A stretch of DNA of 64,000 nt from a virus. Within the stretch, counting starts at the first letter, position 1, and every line of letters begins with the position of its first letter. This document shows positions 8,556-17,592 of the stretch, in pieces. The DNA lies in IMG/VR virus record IMGVR_UViG_3300032325_000466, positions 127,028 to 191,027 of that record; one strand, 5' to 3'. The notes under the pieces were generated by a model. It searched no databases, was not told where the DNA came from, and saw only the letters and a list, made by a program, of their open reading frames with translations. The position numbers were made by a program, and so were the translations under genes.

Positions 8556-11500
8556 ATGCCAAAGAATAACTCTTCAATCAACAATTCGCTATTTGACCTA
8601 CTAAAAGGCAGGGGATATTCTCCCACAATGCTTAGTACCGCGGGTAAAGAAATACCTACCCCTGATGAAGCTGAAGTATTTCAGTTTAATTTTGTAAAAG
8701 ATGGGGAAGATTATGGTAAAGTAACCCTAACAATAGATGATTCCAGTAACCTGATAGTGTATTATAGCGACGATGTTGCTGACAGTGAAAAAGGTAATGG
8801 ATCAACTTATGATTGGGATGATTTTATTGACAAAGTAAAAGACTTTAAGAAATCCAAAAAAACATCCAAATTGAAAGAAGAAGATGATGATGATGAGGAC
8901 TTTAAAAGTGAAGGTGGTGATTTATCTTGGTATGGTTTATTAAATCAATTAAAGCGTTTCGCACAAAGATATCAACTAAGCTTTGAACTTAGAAACACAG
9001 ACAATCTAAAGTCTGATATGGCCAAAAGAGATTATATGAAGAAACAAGACCAAATTTCAGAAAGCAAAAACCATAGTATGGCGGAAGGTTACTCACTAAA
9101 GAAAACTAATGTTGAAAAAACATTTGATCCAGGTGATCCTGATGAATACACACAAGATGTCAATACAACATATACTGATTACGAAATTATCAACAATAAG
9201 ACAGGTCAAGTAGTTGGAACTGCTAGTTGGACTACTAATGATTTTATGGGCCCAGGAGCACTAAAGATTACTATGAAGAATGGTGCTACTAGATGGTTAG
9301 ATATTTGGGAACGAGAAAAGGGTAATCCACAAACAGCATTCAATCGTTTTGTTAAAGATCCCAAAACTGCTAAGAAGTATAAAGAACAAGATAATAAAGG
9401 TGTAACAGAAATGGACAATCGTACCCCAAGTGGTGATCGCAGAGAACAGCGTGCCAATAGCCCAGAAGAAAAAGCAAAGCGTGAAAAAGAACAACAAGCA
9501 AATCTAAAAAAAGTAAGTCCAAAAATGCGCGAAAAATTACGCTTACCTGAACCTAAAGAAGATATGGCAGAAGGCACTGAAAGTATTCTTGCTCGTGGCA
9601 CAGAGGTAACTGTTCCACACAGAGGCAAAATGGTGCCAGGCAAAATTCTTAGATATGTTGCTGGTAAAGGTGGCTATTCAGATGCTTATGTAGTTGATAT
9701 TGGTGAGTATGAGTCCCTGACTGTACCAACATTTAATGTTAAAACTCAAGTTATGGCGGAAGCCAGCGGTGATCAAGTTAAAAAAGTGTTTAAGAAAAAT
9801 GGTAAGCCAGTAGGTGAAGTTGGTATTGATCCAGAAGCAAGTCCGGGCGTTGGTCAATGGTATATGAAGTGCTATCAATACAAAATAGATAATAGTGGCT
9901 ATGACTCATACGAAGAAGCTGTAGAAGAATTAAAGTATTGTATGAAGCAAGGTATGGTGGAAGCACGAAATCCAGAAGACTTCATCAAGGATATTAAAAA
10001 TATTCCCTTACGCCAACGCCAACGAATTGGCAAGTCATTAATCAAACATGCTGAGGAAGCAGGATTAAGGCCTGAAACAATAAAAGTGGGTTATAGTGAA
10101 ACAACTGGGGTTTATCAGGTCACCGGTCTAGCCATGAAACACGGTGCGAAATACGACTGGAGATACAAGTCTGACCCGGCTACTAATAAAATGGTCTCTC
10201 TTGATGCCATGCAATCTGATACTGAGTATGCCCCTGATAAATTTATGCCAATCGTATTTGATAAGTTAGATGAGCAAGATATGGTGAAAGGCACTGAGGA
10301 CTCAACTCAAGTATTAAGCGATATTGTTGCTAATGACGATTTTGATGCATTGTATGACTTAATGTCGTCTAATACTGAAGCAGGTAAAATTGTTCAACGA
10401 ATGTATAACGATGTTGCTGGTGAAGAAGGCTTACATCCAGATGATGATTTTGAACAGATTCTAAACCGTGTGTTTGATCACCTGTCACAAGATTATGGTC
10501 AGCAAGGTATGGAGGAAGGCTTAGGCAAAGATATCAAGCGTTTGGCTACAGGCAAAGATGTTAAAAGTCGTGCTGGACAAGAAATAGCCAAGTCACAAGA
10601 TGCCAGTATGAAGGGCGATACTAAAACTTCTAAAAAGCATTTTGACCGCTATGATAAACTAGATAAGTTAGCAAACAAAGGTATGGCGGAAGGCTGGAAT
10701 AAGGGACGCCGCGCCGCAGATGTGGATCGGGATGACAATAAAGACCCAGACGATTCATTAGATCAACTCATTGATCTGCAAGGACAAAGGGATTGGTTTG
10801 CTAAAATGAGTAAGCCTAAGAATATGAGAAACGGCCGCCAGAAGCCAGCTAAGGATGCTATAAAAAGGTTACCAGTGGCGGAAGGAGCTATAAAGAAATT
10901 ATCAAAGGGCGCAAAGGTGTATCACACACTTCATGGTACTGGTACTGTTATTGACTTCTCAACTGGTCCTGCTGCATCTCATTGGGTAGATGTGAAATTT
11001 ATCAAAGACGGAAACAAAGGCAAGCCTACTAGGGTTGATCGTAAGCAACTTAAGTTAGCAAAAGTTGAAAGTATGGCCGAAGGCTATTATGGTGATGATC
11101 GTGGTGATTATAGAAAAACTGCTAGGGAAGCAAATGCTGCATCTAGGTTGGCAAAATCATCAAAAACTCATGCTGAGGCCGCCCGCCTACATAATTTAGC
11201 AGCAACATATGCGCTATCAGCAGGCCAAGATCAGTCAGTAATACGCGACCATCAGATGGCAGCACATGAACATAATCAGGCTGCAAAAAAATATAAGAAA
11301 GGTATGGCGGAAGGCTACACTGTAACTCGTGGAATTGATACAGAAAGATATCAAGAACGCCCGGGATTGGAAGGTCCCTTTGCTACCAAAAGCGGTAAAG
11401 TTGTATACTATGACAAGCGTGAAGGAAAATACTACGATCCCGATACTGATATGTATATTGAATATGATGATTGGCAAGCTATGAATGAGCAAGATATGGC

Positions 11501-12635
11501 AGAAAGTAATCAACAAGTCAATGAAAGTTACTACCCAATGGGCAAACAAGGTAGCTATAGTGATGCTGTACCAACAACTAAAATCATTATTCAGCATAGC
11601 CGCAGAATAGAAGAAGGTGAGCAGCGTTATCGTAATATCGCTAAAATCTTTGTAGAAAACAGTGAAGGTGAGCGTTTTGCGGTACCAACTAATAAGCCAG
11701 GACTAGCCCGCGTATATGCCCGTCATATAGCAGAGGGTGGCACACCTTATGATGAGCGTGGCCGTCATATTACTTCATTAGTAGAAGAATATTCTAAAAT
11801 GTCTGGCTTTATGCGTGCCACAAGAGGCAAGCAGTTTAATGAGTCAGCACAGCAATTAGTAACCGAAGCTGTAAATTATTATCAAAGTTTGCGTGAAAGT
11901 TTAAGCAAGATGACAGGTCATCGTGGCTATTCAGCATACTTTGAAAGTTGGACACCTTCACTAATGGAAGATGGAGAAGAACAAGAAACCAATCTTAACG
12001 AACTATTCGTACAAGAAACCCTCGACCCCAGAATTGAAAGTGTAATGCCAATCTTAGGTAAGCTACAAAGAAAATTGGGCACCATAAAAGAAGTTGATGC
12101 ACTAGCAGAATGGGCTGATAATATTATTGAAGGTGATGGCGGACAAGAGGCTCTTACCCCACAAGGTATTCCTGAAGCTGCTGGTCCAGAAACTTTAGCT
12201 CATAATATAAGAACCGATCGTAGTAATCTAAAAGCATTTGACTTAGAAGAAACTACTGGTGTAACTGACTATAACCCAAAATCTCAGGGTGGTACTAGAG
12301 CAGAACTTCTTCGCAAATATGCTAACACTAAAAAGCCAAAAGATGCCGAAGCTGCAAGGCGTGCAGGTGCTAGCCAGTCAGAATTAAAAGCTGCGGCCGA
12401 TTCTACTGAAGAAATACATGAAGGTGAGCATGGTCTAGATGAAAACCTAGATGCTAACCAAATTAGTGCAGGACAATTGGGCCCTACAGAAAAAGCCAAG
12501 TCTATTAGTCCAGTATTAGGTGCTCAACCCAAACAGCATCCTTTTAAAGGCAAGTTAGTTGGTGCTGAAGAAAGCGTCAATGAAAGTGAAAATGAATTGG
12601 CTAGAATTTTACAAATGGTCAAGCATAAACGATAA
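8556..12635 (+). CDS. Large modular late protein with repeated MAEG junctions (putative processed head polyprotein)
   Basis: 1359-aa ORF behind TAAATA; 12 (G/S/D/V/P)(M/V)xEx-like junction motifs in the central third. Confidence 0.8.
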   Translation: MPKNNSSINNSLFDLLKGRGYSPTMLSTAGKEIPTPDEAEVFQFNFVKDGEDYGKVTLTIDDSSNLIVYYSDDVADSEKGNGSTYDWDDFIDKVKDFKKSKKTSKLKEEDDDDEDFKSEGGDLSWYGLLNQLKRFAQRYQLSFELRNTDNLKSDMAKRDYMKKQDQISESKNHSMAEGYSLKKTNVEKTFDPGDPDEYTQDVNTTYTDYEIINNKTGQVVGTASWTTNDFMGPGALKITMKNGATRWLDIWEREKGNPQTAFNRFVKDPKTAKKYKEQDNKGVTEMDNRTPSGDRREQRANSPEEKAKREKEQQANLKKVSPKMREKLRLPEPKEDMAEGTESILARGTEVTVPHRGKMVPGKILRYVAGKGGYSDAYVVDIGEYESLTVPTFNVKTQVMAEASGDQVKKVFKKNGKPVGEVGIDPEASPGVGQWYMKCYQYKIDNSGYDSYEEAVEELKYCMKQGMVEARNPEDFIKDIKNIPLRQRQRIGKSLIKHAEEAGLRPETIKVGYSETTGVYQVTGLAMKHGAKYDWRYKSDPATNKMVSLDAMQSDTEYAPDKFMPIVFDKLDEQDMVKGTEDSTQVLSDIVANDDFDALYDLMSSNTEAGKIVQRMYNDVAGEEGLHPDDDFEQILNRVFDHLSQDYGQQGMEEGLGKDIKRLATGKDVKSRAGQEIAKSQDASMKGDTKTSKKHFDRYDKLDKLANKGMAEGWNKGRRAADVDRDDNKDPDDSLDQLIDLQGQRDWFAKMSKPKNMRNGRQKPAKDAIKRLPVAEGAIKKLSKGAKVYHTLHGTGTVIDFSTGPAASHWVDVKFIKDGNKGKPTRVDRKQLKLAKVESMAEGYYGDDRGDYRKTAREANAASRLAKSSKTHAEAARLHNLAATYALSAGQDQSVIRDHQMAAHEHNQAAKKYKKGMAEGYTVTRGIDTERYQERPGLEGPFATKSGKVVYYDKREGKYYDPDTDMYIEYDDWQAMNEQDMAESNQQVNESYYPMGKQGSYSDAVPTTKIIIQHSRRIEEGEQRYRNIAKIFVENSEGERFAVPTNKPGLARVYARHIAEGGTPYDERGRHITSLVEEYSKMSGFMRATRGKQFNESAQQLVTEAVNYYQSLRESLSKMTGHRGYSAYFESWTPSLMEDGEEQETNLNELFVQETLDPRIESVMPILGKLQRKLGTIKEVDALAEWADNIIEGDGGQEALTPQGIPEAAGPETLAHNIRTDRSNLKAFDLEETTGVTDYNPKSQGGTRAELLRKYANTKKPKDAEAARRAGASQSELKAAADSTEEIHEGEHGLDENLDANQISAGQLGPTEKAKSISPVLGAQPKQHPFKGKLVGAEESVNESENELARILQMVKHKR
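9075..11507 (+). repeat. Dispersed in-frame repeat, consensus AAGGTATGGCGGAAGGC
   Basis: Copies at codons starting 9075, 9399, 9561, 9750, 9951, 10278, 10506, 10680, 10872, 11070, 11301, 11493; 19-nt identity at 10677-10695 and 11298-11316. Confidence 0.85.
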
Positions 12636-12652
12636 GGGTAAATTACTTATCA

Positions 12653-12679
12653 AAAACCTCACTCAAAAGGTGAGGTTTT
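12653..12679 (+). terminator. Intrinsic terminator
   Basis: AAAACCTCAC-TCAAAAG-GTGAGGTTTT just after the 1359-aa gene. Confidence 0.75.
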
Positions 12680-12700
12680 CCATATATGGCATAAATGGAC

Positions 12701-12767
12701 TAAATAAAGGTGTAGTTCACGGGACGGCAATCCCCAACTACTCTAACGCTTACAAGGAGCATCAGCA
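12701..12767 (+). promoter_or_regulatory. Late promoter plus structured leader of endonuclease gene (copy A)
   Basis: TAAATA then GTAGTT-CAC-GGGA-CGGCAA-TCCC-C-AACTAC hairpin; GCTT/GAGC stem over the RBS. Confidence 0.65.
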
Positions 12768-13340
12768 ATGTTATTTAGTAAAAAGCATCTACCCGCGGGA
12801 TTTTATGTGTATTTTTGGATACGAGTAAAAGATTCCCCCATTGCTAAGGCAGGCACTCCTTACTATGTAGGAAAAGGTAAAAATATTAGGGCTTGGCGAA
12901 AGGATAAGCATGGAAAAGATAAATTGGTCATTATTGCAGAATCAAACCTTACTGAATTGGGGGCTCTTTCATTAGAAAGGCGTTATATCGAATGGTATGG
13001 TAGAAAAGATTTAGGTACTGGGATACTTAATAATAAGACTGATGGGGGAGAAGGTGCTACTAATTTTAAAAAATCGTATATAAGAAAAAAGAGGTCCATT
13101 GCCACAACTACATTAATGAGTCTTACCAAACTTGGCAAAAAATACCCTAAAATAAGTGAGGCGCTTAAAGGTAAATCTAGGGGAATCAGGACTACTGAAT
13201 GGAAAAATAATATTGGACTCGCTAAAAAAGGTAAAAAGATATCTCCCCAGGAAGTAGTACAATGCCCACATTGTAGTAAGGTAGGAGGCAAATCTTTACT
13301 AACTCGGTATCATTTTCAAAATTGCAAATTTATTAAATAG
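12768..13340 (+). CDS. Free-standing GIY-YIG-family homing endonuclease
   Basis: FYVY...PYYVGKG...R, E...[18 protein letters not shown]; NUMOD-like basic repeats; C-terminal CPHC...RYHFQNCK. Confidence 0.8.
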   Translation: MLFSKKHLPAGFYVYFWIRVKDSPIAKAGTPYYVGKGKNIRAWRKDKHGKDKLVIIAESNLTELGALSLERRYIEWYGRKDLGTGILNNKTDGGEGATNFKKSYIRKKRSIATTTLMSLTKLGKKYPKISEALKGKSRGIRTTEWKNNIGLAKKGKKISPQEVVQCPHCSKVGGKSLLTRYHFQNCKFIK

Positions 13341-13383
13341 GGCATAATAAAATTCATTTCCCCCACAAATGGCATAAATACTA

Positions 13384-13412
13384 TTGACATACAGCCGAGA
13401 GTAAAGTATACT
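13384..13412 (+). promoter_or_regulatory. Sigma70-type promoter for ssb, preceded by late TAAATA (13375-13380)
   Basis: TTGACA-17 bp-TATACT. Confidence 0.75.
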
Positions 13413-13501
13413 CATAACATGTGTGTTAGATGACTCATAGGGAGTTGTCGAATATATACATTTTAGATATTAAACAGAGACCATCTCAAGGAGCAATTAA
13501 A

Positions 13502-14488
13502 ATGACATCACTAGCAGACATCCGCGCCCGTATTTCAGCGCAAGAAAACAAAACACAAAAGGGTACAGCTACCCAATCAGATAACTCAATCTTCCCACAT
13601 TGGAACGCAGACGAAGGTACTACTTCAACTGTTCGATTTCTTCCAGACGCAAATAGTAGCAATACTTTCTTTTGGATCGAACGCGCACTAATCAAACTAC
13701 CATTCAATGGCGTAAAAGGTAATCCAGAAGCCAAGCGTGTAGAAGTACAAGTTCCTTGTATGGAAATGTGGGGAGATGCTTGCCCTATTCTAGCAGAAGT
13801 TCGCCCATGGTATAAAGATGAATCACTAAAAGAAATGGCAAACAAGTATTGGAAAAAGCGTTCATATCTGTTTCAAGGCTTTGTTCGTCAGAATCCAATT
13901 GGTGATGACAAAGTTCCTGCTAATCCAATTCGCAGATTTATTATTTCCCCACAAATCTTTACTATTATCAAGTCAAGTTTGATGGATCCTGAAATGGAAG
14001 AACTACCAACTGACTATATGCGTGGTCTTGACTTTAACATCAAAAAGAGTAAAAAAGGTGACTATGCAGATTATTCAACTAGCACTTGGGCTCGTAAAGA
14101 ATCAGCACTAACTCAAGTTGAGCAAGCTGCCATTGAAGCACATGGTCTATTCAATCTAGCCGACTTTCTACCCAAGAAGCCAGGTGAAGCAGAAATGCGC
14201 GTCATCAAAGAAATGTTTGAAGCATCCGTTGATGGACAAGCTTATGATGTAGGGCGTTGGGGATCATACTACAGACCATTTGGTATTGAAGCTCCAGCAG
14301 GATCTCAACCAGCTACCCAAGCTGCTGAAACTCCTCGACCAGCAAGTGTCGCTTTATCAGTGCCAGAAGCTATGGATGATGAGCCAGCTGAAGCTACACA
14401 ACCTATCACAGTTCCAAAAACAACATCAAGTGACAAGGCTACCGACATTCTTGCAATGATTCGCGCCCGTCAGACAAAGACTGCTTAA
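13502..14488 (+). CDS. Single-stranded DNA-binding protein (T4 gp32-like)
   Basis: VRFLP, CPI, KYWKKRSY, LDFNIKK...YADYSTS; AGGAG RBS favours ATG 13502 over track start 13430. Confidence 0.92.
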   Translation: MTSLADIRARISAQENKTQKGTATQSDNSIFPHWNADEGTTSTVRFLPDANSSNTFFWIERALIKLPFNGVKGNPEAKRVEVQVPCMEMWGDACPILAEVRPWYKDESLKEMANKYWKKRSYLFQGFVRQNPIGDDKVPANPIRRFIISPQIFTIIKSSLMDPEMEELPTDYMRGLDFNIKKSKKGDYADYSTSTWARKESALTQVEQAAIEAHGLFNLADFLPKKPGEAEMRVIKEMFEASVDGQAYDVGRWGSYYRPFGIEAPAGSQPATQAAETPRPASVALSVPEAMDDEPAEATQPITVPKTTSSDKATDILAMIRARQTKTA

Positions 14489-14496
14489 AGGCACGG

Positions 14497-14518
14497 GGGA
14501 GTGTAGCAATACACTCCC
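14497..14518 (+). terminator. Stable GNRA-loop hairpin after ssb (terminator or mRNA stabiliser)
   Basis: GGGAGTGTA-GCAA-TACACTCCC; no clear U-tract. Confidence 0.55.
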
Positions 14519-14535
14519 TACCTTAGGAGAATACC

Positions 14536-14760
14536 ATGACCATTCCACATGAAAGATATCGTGCCATTAAGCAAAGTAGAAAGTTTTTAGAAGAACTATG
14601 CGACCCCGGTAGAACTCCCAGAGTACCGGGAGCAGTTAGGGACAAAGCCCGAACACTACTTAGGCACTATCCGGGAGATTGGGAACTAGACCAAATCACA
14701 GAAAAAGCACCCGACTTACTTGATAATAAATCTGTTTCTGATAAAATATACAATACATAA
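14536..14760 (+). CDS. BPSL0761-family small protein
   Basis: MTIPHERYRA...FL..L...R..A..LLRHYP pattern; AGGAG RBS. Confidence 0.7.
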   Translation: MTIPHERYRAIKQSRKFLEELCDPGRTPRVPGAVRDKARTLLRHYPGDWELDQITEKAPDLLDNKSVSDKIYNT

Positions 14761-14772
14761 ACAGGAAAAATA

Positions 14773-15837
14773 ATGACGAAGCCATTTGATGTTTCAAAAT
14801 TCAGGAAGGAAATTACTAAGTCCATTGAAGGACTTAGTATCGGATTTAACGACCCGACAGACTGGGTCAGTACAGGAAATTATGCTCTCAACTATCTCAT
14901 TAGCAACGATTTTAATAAAGGCGTTCCTCTTGGTAAAGTTACTGTCTTTGCCGGAGAATCAGGATCAGGAAAATCATTCATCTGCTCGGGAAACTTAGTC
15001 AGACATGCACAACAACAGGGTATTTTTGTTGTTTTGGTTGACTCAGAAAATGCACTAGATGAGAGTTGGTTACATGCACTAGGTGTATCTACAGACGAAG
15101 ATAAATTGTTAAAGTTAAATATGGCCATGATTGATGATGTGGCTAAAACGATTAGTAAATTTATGGCTGATTATAAAACTCTGCCCGCAGATGATAAACC
15201 AAAAGTACTGTTCGTAATTGATTCACTTGGTATGTTGCTAACACCAACTGATGTAAATCAATTTGATGCAGGTGATATGAAGGGTGACATGGGTCGTAAG
15301 CCCAAAGCACTTACCGCGCTAGTTCGCAACTGTGTAAATATGTTTGGTAATCATAATGTAGGACTTGTAGCTACTAATCATACATATGCAAGTCAGGATA
15401 TGTTTGACCCAGATGATAAAATTTCAGGTGGTCAAGGATTCGTGTATGCTAGTTCTATTGTAGTTGCTATGAAAAAACTCAAGCTTAAAGAAGATGAAGA
15501 TGGCAACAAGATTAGTGAAGTTCGTGGTATTCGCAGTGCATGTAAGATTATGAAAACACGCTATGCTAAACCATTTGAAAGTGTTCAAGTTAAAATCCCA
15601 TATGAAACAGGTATGAGCCCCTACAGTGGATTGCTAGACTTGTTTGAAAAATCAGGCGTTCTAGCTAAAGAAGGTAATCGTTTGGCTTATACTACCGTAG
15701 ATGGTGAAATCATTAAATTCTTCCGCAAAGGTTGGGAAGCTAATGAAAACGGTTGCTTAGATAAAGTAATGGCTGAATTTCAACAAAAAGGAAAAGCTAG
15801 TATAAGTACTCAAGAAGTTCAAGAAACCACTGAATAA
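14773..15837 (+). CDS. uvsX: RecA-like recombinase UvsX
   Basis: Walker A GESGSGKS, VDSENALD, VIDSLG, TNHTY, SGGQGFVYASS. Confidence 0.96.
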   Translation: MTKPFDVSKFRKEITKSIEGLSIGFNDPTDWVSTGNYALNYLISNDFNKGVPLGKVTVFAGESGSGKSFICSGNLVRHAQQQGIFVVLVDSENALDESWLHALGVSTDEDKLLKLNMAMIDDVAKTISKFMADYKTLPADDKPKVLFVIDSLGMLLTPTDVNQFDAGDMKGDMGRKPKALTALVRNCVNMFGNHNVGLVATNHTYASQDMFDPDDKISGGQGFVYASSIVVAMKKLKLKEDEDGNKISEVRGIRSACKIMKTRYAKPFESVQVKIPYETGMSPYSGLLDLFEKSGVLAKEGNRLAYTTVDGEIIKFFRKGWEANENGCLDKVMAEFQQKGKASISTQEVQETTE

Positions 15838-15847
15838 AGGAGTTATT

Positions 15848-16105
15848 ATGGATTTGCAGTTAGTAGAAGAAATATGGTACGCATTAAAAAGTCACATTCA
15901 CAGTACCTATGATATCGAAGCCGCAGCAGATACACTTGTCAATTTACTAATTGATAACAACTGTGAAGCAGAAGATATTAAAGACACCTTTAAGGGTGAG
16001 CGTGTGATTATGTCTGCACTAAAAGCATACATAGACCAACATGATTCCGAAGATGATGAAGATGATGACGAAGAGTGGGATAAAGATGAAGATGATGAGT
16101 GGTAA
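15848..16105 (+). CDS. Small acidic hypothetical protein
   Basis: AGGAG RBS; D/E-rich C-terminus; between uvsX and uvsY. Confidence 0.75.
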   Translation: MDLQLVEEIWYALKSHIHSTYDIEAAADTLVNLLIDNNCEAEDIKDTFKGERVIMSALKAYIDQHDSEDDEDDDEEWDKDEDDEW

Positions 16106-16108
16106 CCA

Positions 16109-16567
16109 ATGAACTGGTACACTAAAGTATCACAAGATTTATCAGTTATCCCTGACTTTATTACTCATTATGAAGCTGAGTTAGAGTCTGCCAGACAAGA
16201 TGTAAGGGTAAGAGGCAATGTAGAAAAGAACATTGCTTCTTTACCTGGTATTACTGAGCATAGATTTAATCAGCTACAAGAATTAGAAGCGGTGTTAAAC
16301 TTTCTCAACATTCAATTACGAAAAATCCGTAGAAAACACTTTCAAAAATATTTAGAAGCGTATAATCGAGCCCTAACTTCTAGGGACGCAGAAAAATATG
16401 TAGATGGTGAAGATGAAGTTATCCAATTTGAAATTCTTATAAATGAATTGGCACTAATGCGAAATAAATGGTTAGGAATTTTAAAAGGTTTGGATAGCAA
16501 AAACTACATGTTAGGACATGTGGTAAAGCTACGAACTGCTGGAATGGAAGATATTGTTATCAGTTAA
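16109..16567 (+). CDS. uvsY: Recombination mediator UvsY-like
   Basis: LTSRDAEKYVDGE, RNKWLGILKGLDSK; near uvsX. Confidence 0.8.
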   Translation: MNWYTKVSQDLSVIPDFITHYEAELESARQDVRVRGNVEKNIASLPGITEHRFNQLQELEAVLNFLNIQLRKIRRKHFQKYLEAYNRALTSRDAEKYVDGEDEVIQFEILINELALMRNKWLGILKGLDSKNYMLGHVVKLRTAGMEDIVIS

Positions 16568-16642
16568 GTGGGTAAGTTGTTACTTGTATAGGTTCATTAC
16601 TCAGTGTATAATGATCACATCATAAACTAACTTTAGAAAATC

Positions 16643-17416
16643 ATGTCCTCACAATCTTCAAGGTCAACTTCAATATTGGGTCAACTACTCAAACAAGCAC
16701 TCGACTCACCTGATTTATGTGAGCTACGGCCCGCCCAGCCTACTGTAAATAATTTTCTAGCAGATCCACTTGCCCAAAGTGTAGCTATGTATCTAAATAA
16801 GCAAAATGGGTATAAGATTGGTGGGTTTAGAGGTAACTTAAGTCCTATCTCGGAACAGTATGTAGAAAGACTTATTACCGACGATGATTATCAAATAGCT
16901 GGACAAATTCGTGATTACTACAGCAAAAAAATCATGATGTGGAAACTTCTAGGCCACCCTCTTACTAATTTTAGACAAGACCTAAATGCATTCATTCACC
17001 AAAATGATTTTTCTGAGGTCTCAGATAGAATGCTGCCTCTTATCTACAAGTTGCCTGAATTTTATTTTCAAGATATTAAACTTGAAGATGTTCTATATAA
17101 ATGCATTAAATTTAACGGTGTGATTGGTGAAAGAGCCGGTGTTAAAAAACTTACCTACTTAGATTCTATTACTAAGAAGTCAAAACTCAAAGTATTAGCT
17201 ACAGTGGAATACTGGTTTCACGATGAAAATAAGTATCCAGTACTTATTAGACTACAACAAAATCCTTTATCTCAGTTTTGGGAAAAGATTATCCAAGACC
17301 ATCATGAAGAAAACAAACCTCTAACTATGTATGCCAGTCGCTATGGTACTTGCAAGTATCGAGGAGAAATTAATGTGATTGTTCCTGAATCTTATCATCT
17401 ACAATTAAAATTATAA
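16643..17416 (+). CDS. Hypothetical protein
   Basis: 257-aa ORF; TATAAT promoter-like site upstream. Confidence 0.7.
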   Translation: MSSQSSRSTSILGQLLKQALDSPDLCELRPAQPTVNNFLADPLAQSVAMYLNKQNGYKIGGFRGNLSPISEQYVERLITDDDYQIAGQIRDYYSKKIMMWKLLGHPLTNFRQDLNAFIHQNDFSEVSDRMLPLIYKLPEFYFQDIKLEDVLYKCIKFNGVIGERAGVKKLTYLDSITKKSKLKVLATVEYWFHDENKYPVLIRLQQNPLSQFWEKIIQDHHEENKPLTMYASRYGTCKYRGEINVIVPESYHLQLKL

Positions 17417-17592
17417 TGGATAGAGATAGAAAAATAATCGTATGGTACAATCACATGTTAAATATGTGGACAGCTATGTACAATGACGATAAAAAGTATC
17501 GTGTAGGCTTAGTTGGATATGGTACAAATAAATCAAGCGCAGTAGATGATTTAAAATACCAAAACACAGAAATTAAAAATACAGGAAAGTAA
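17416..17592 (+). CDS. 58-aa ORF absent from the supplied track
   Basis: MDRDRKIIVWYNHMLNMWTAMY...NTGK; exactly fills the gap between flanking genes. Confidence 0.6.
   Translation: MDRDRKIIVWYNHMLNMWTAMYNDDKKYRVGLVGYGTNKSSAVDDLKYQNTEIKNTGK

Noticed and set aside
9206-12499. Minus-strand ORFs inside the large gene, and similar shadow ORFs throughout the track (e.g. 13486-13845, 20575-21060, 41317-41688)
   Set aside because: They are antisense shadows of well-supported genes, with no RBS or promoter and unnatural composition.
1709-15837. Group I introns or inteins in thyA, terL or uvsX
   Set aside because: All three are uninterrupted and of normal length; the endonucleases in this window are free-standing.
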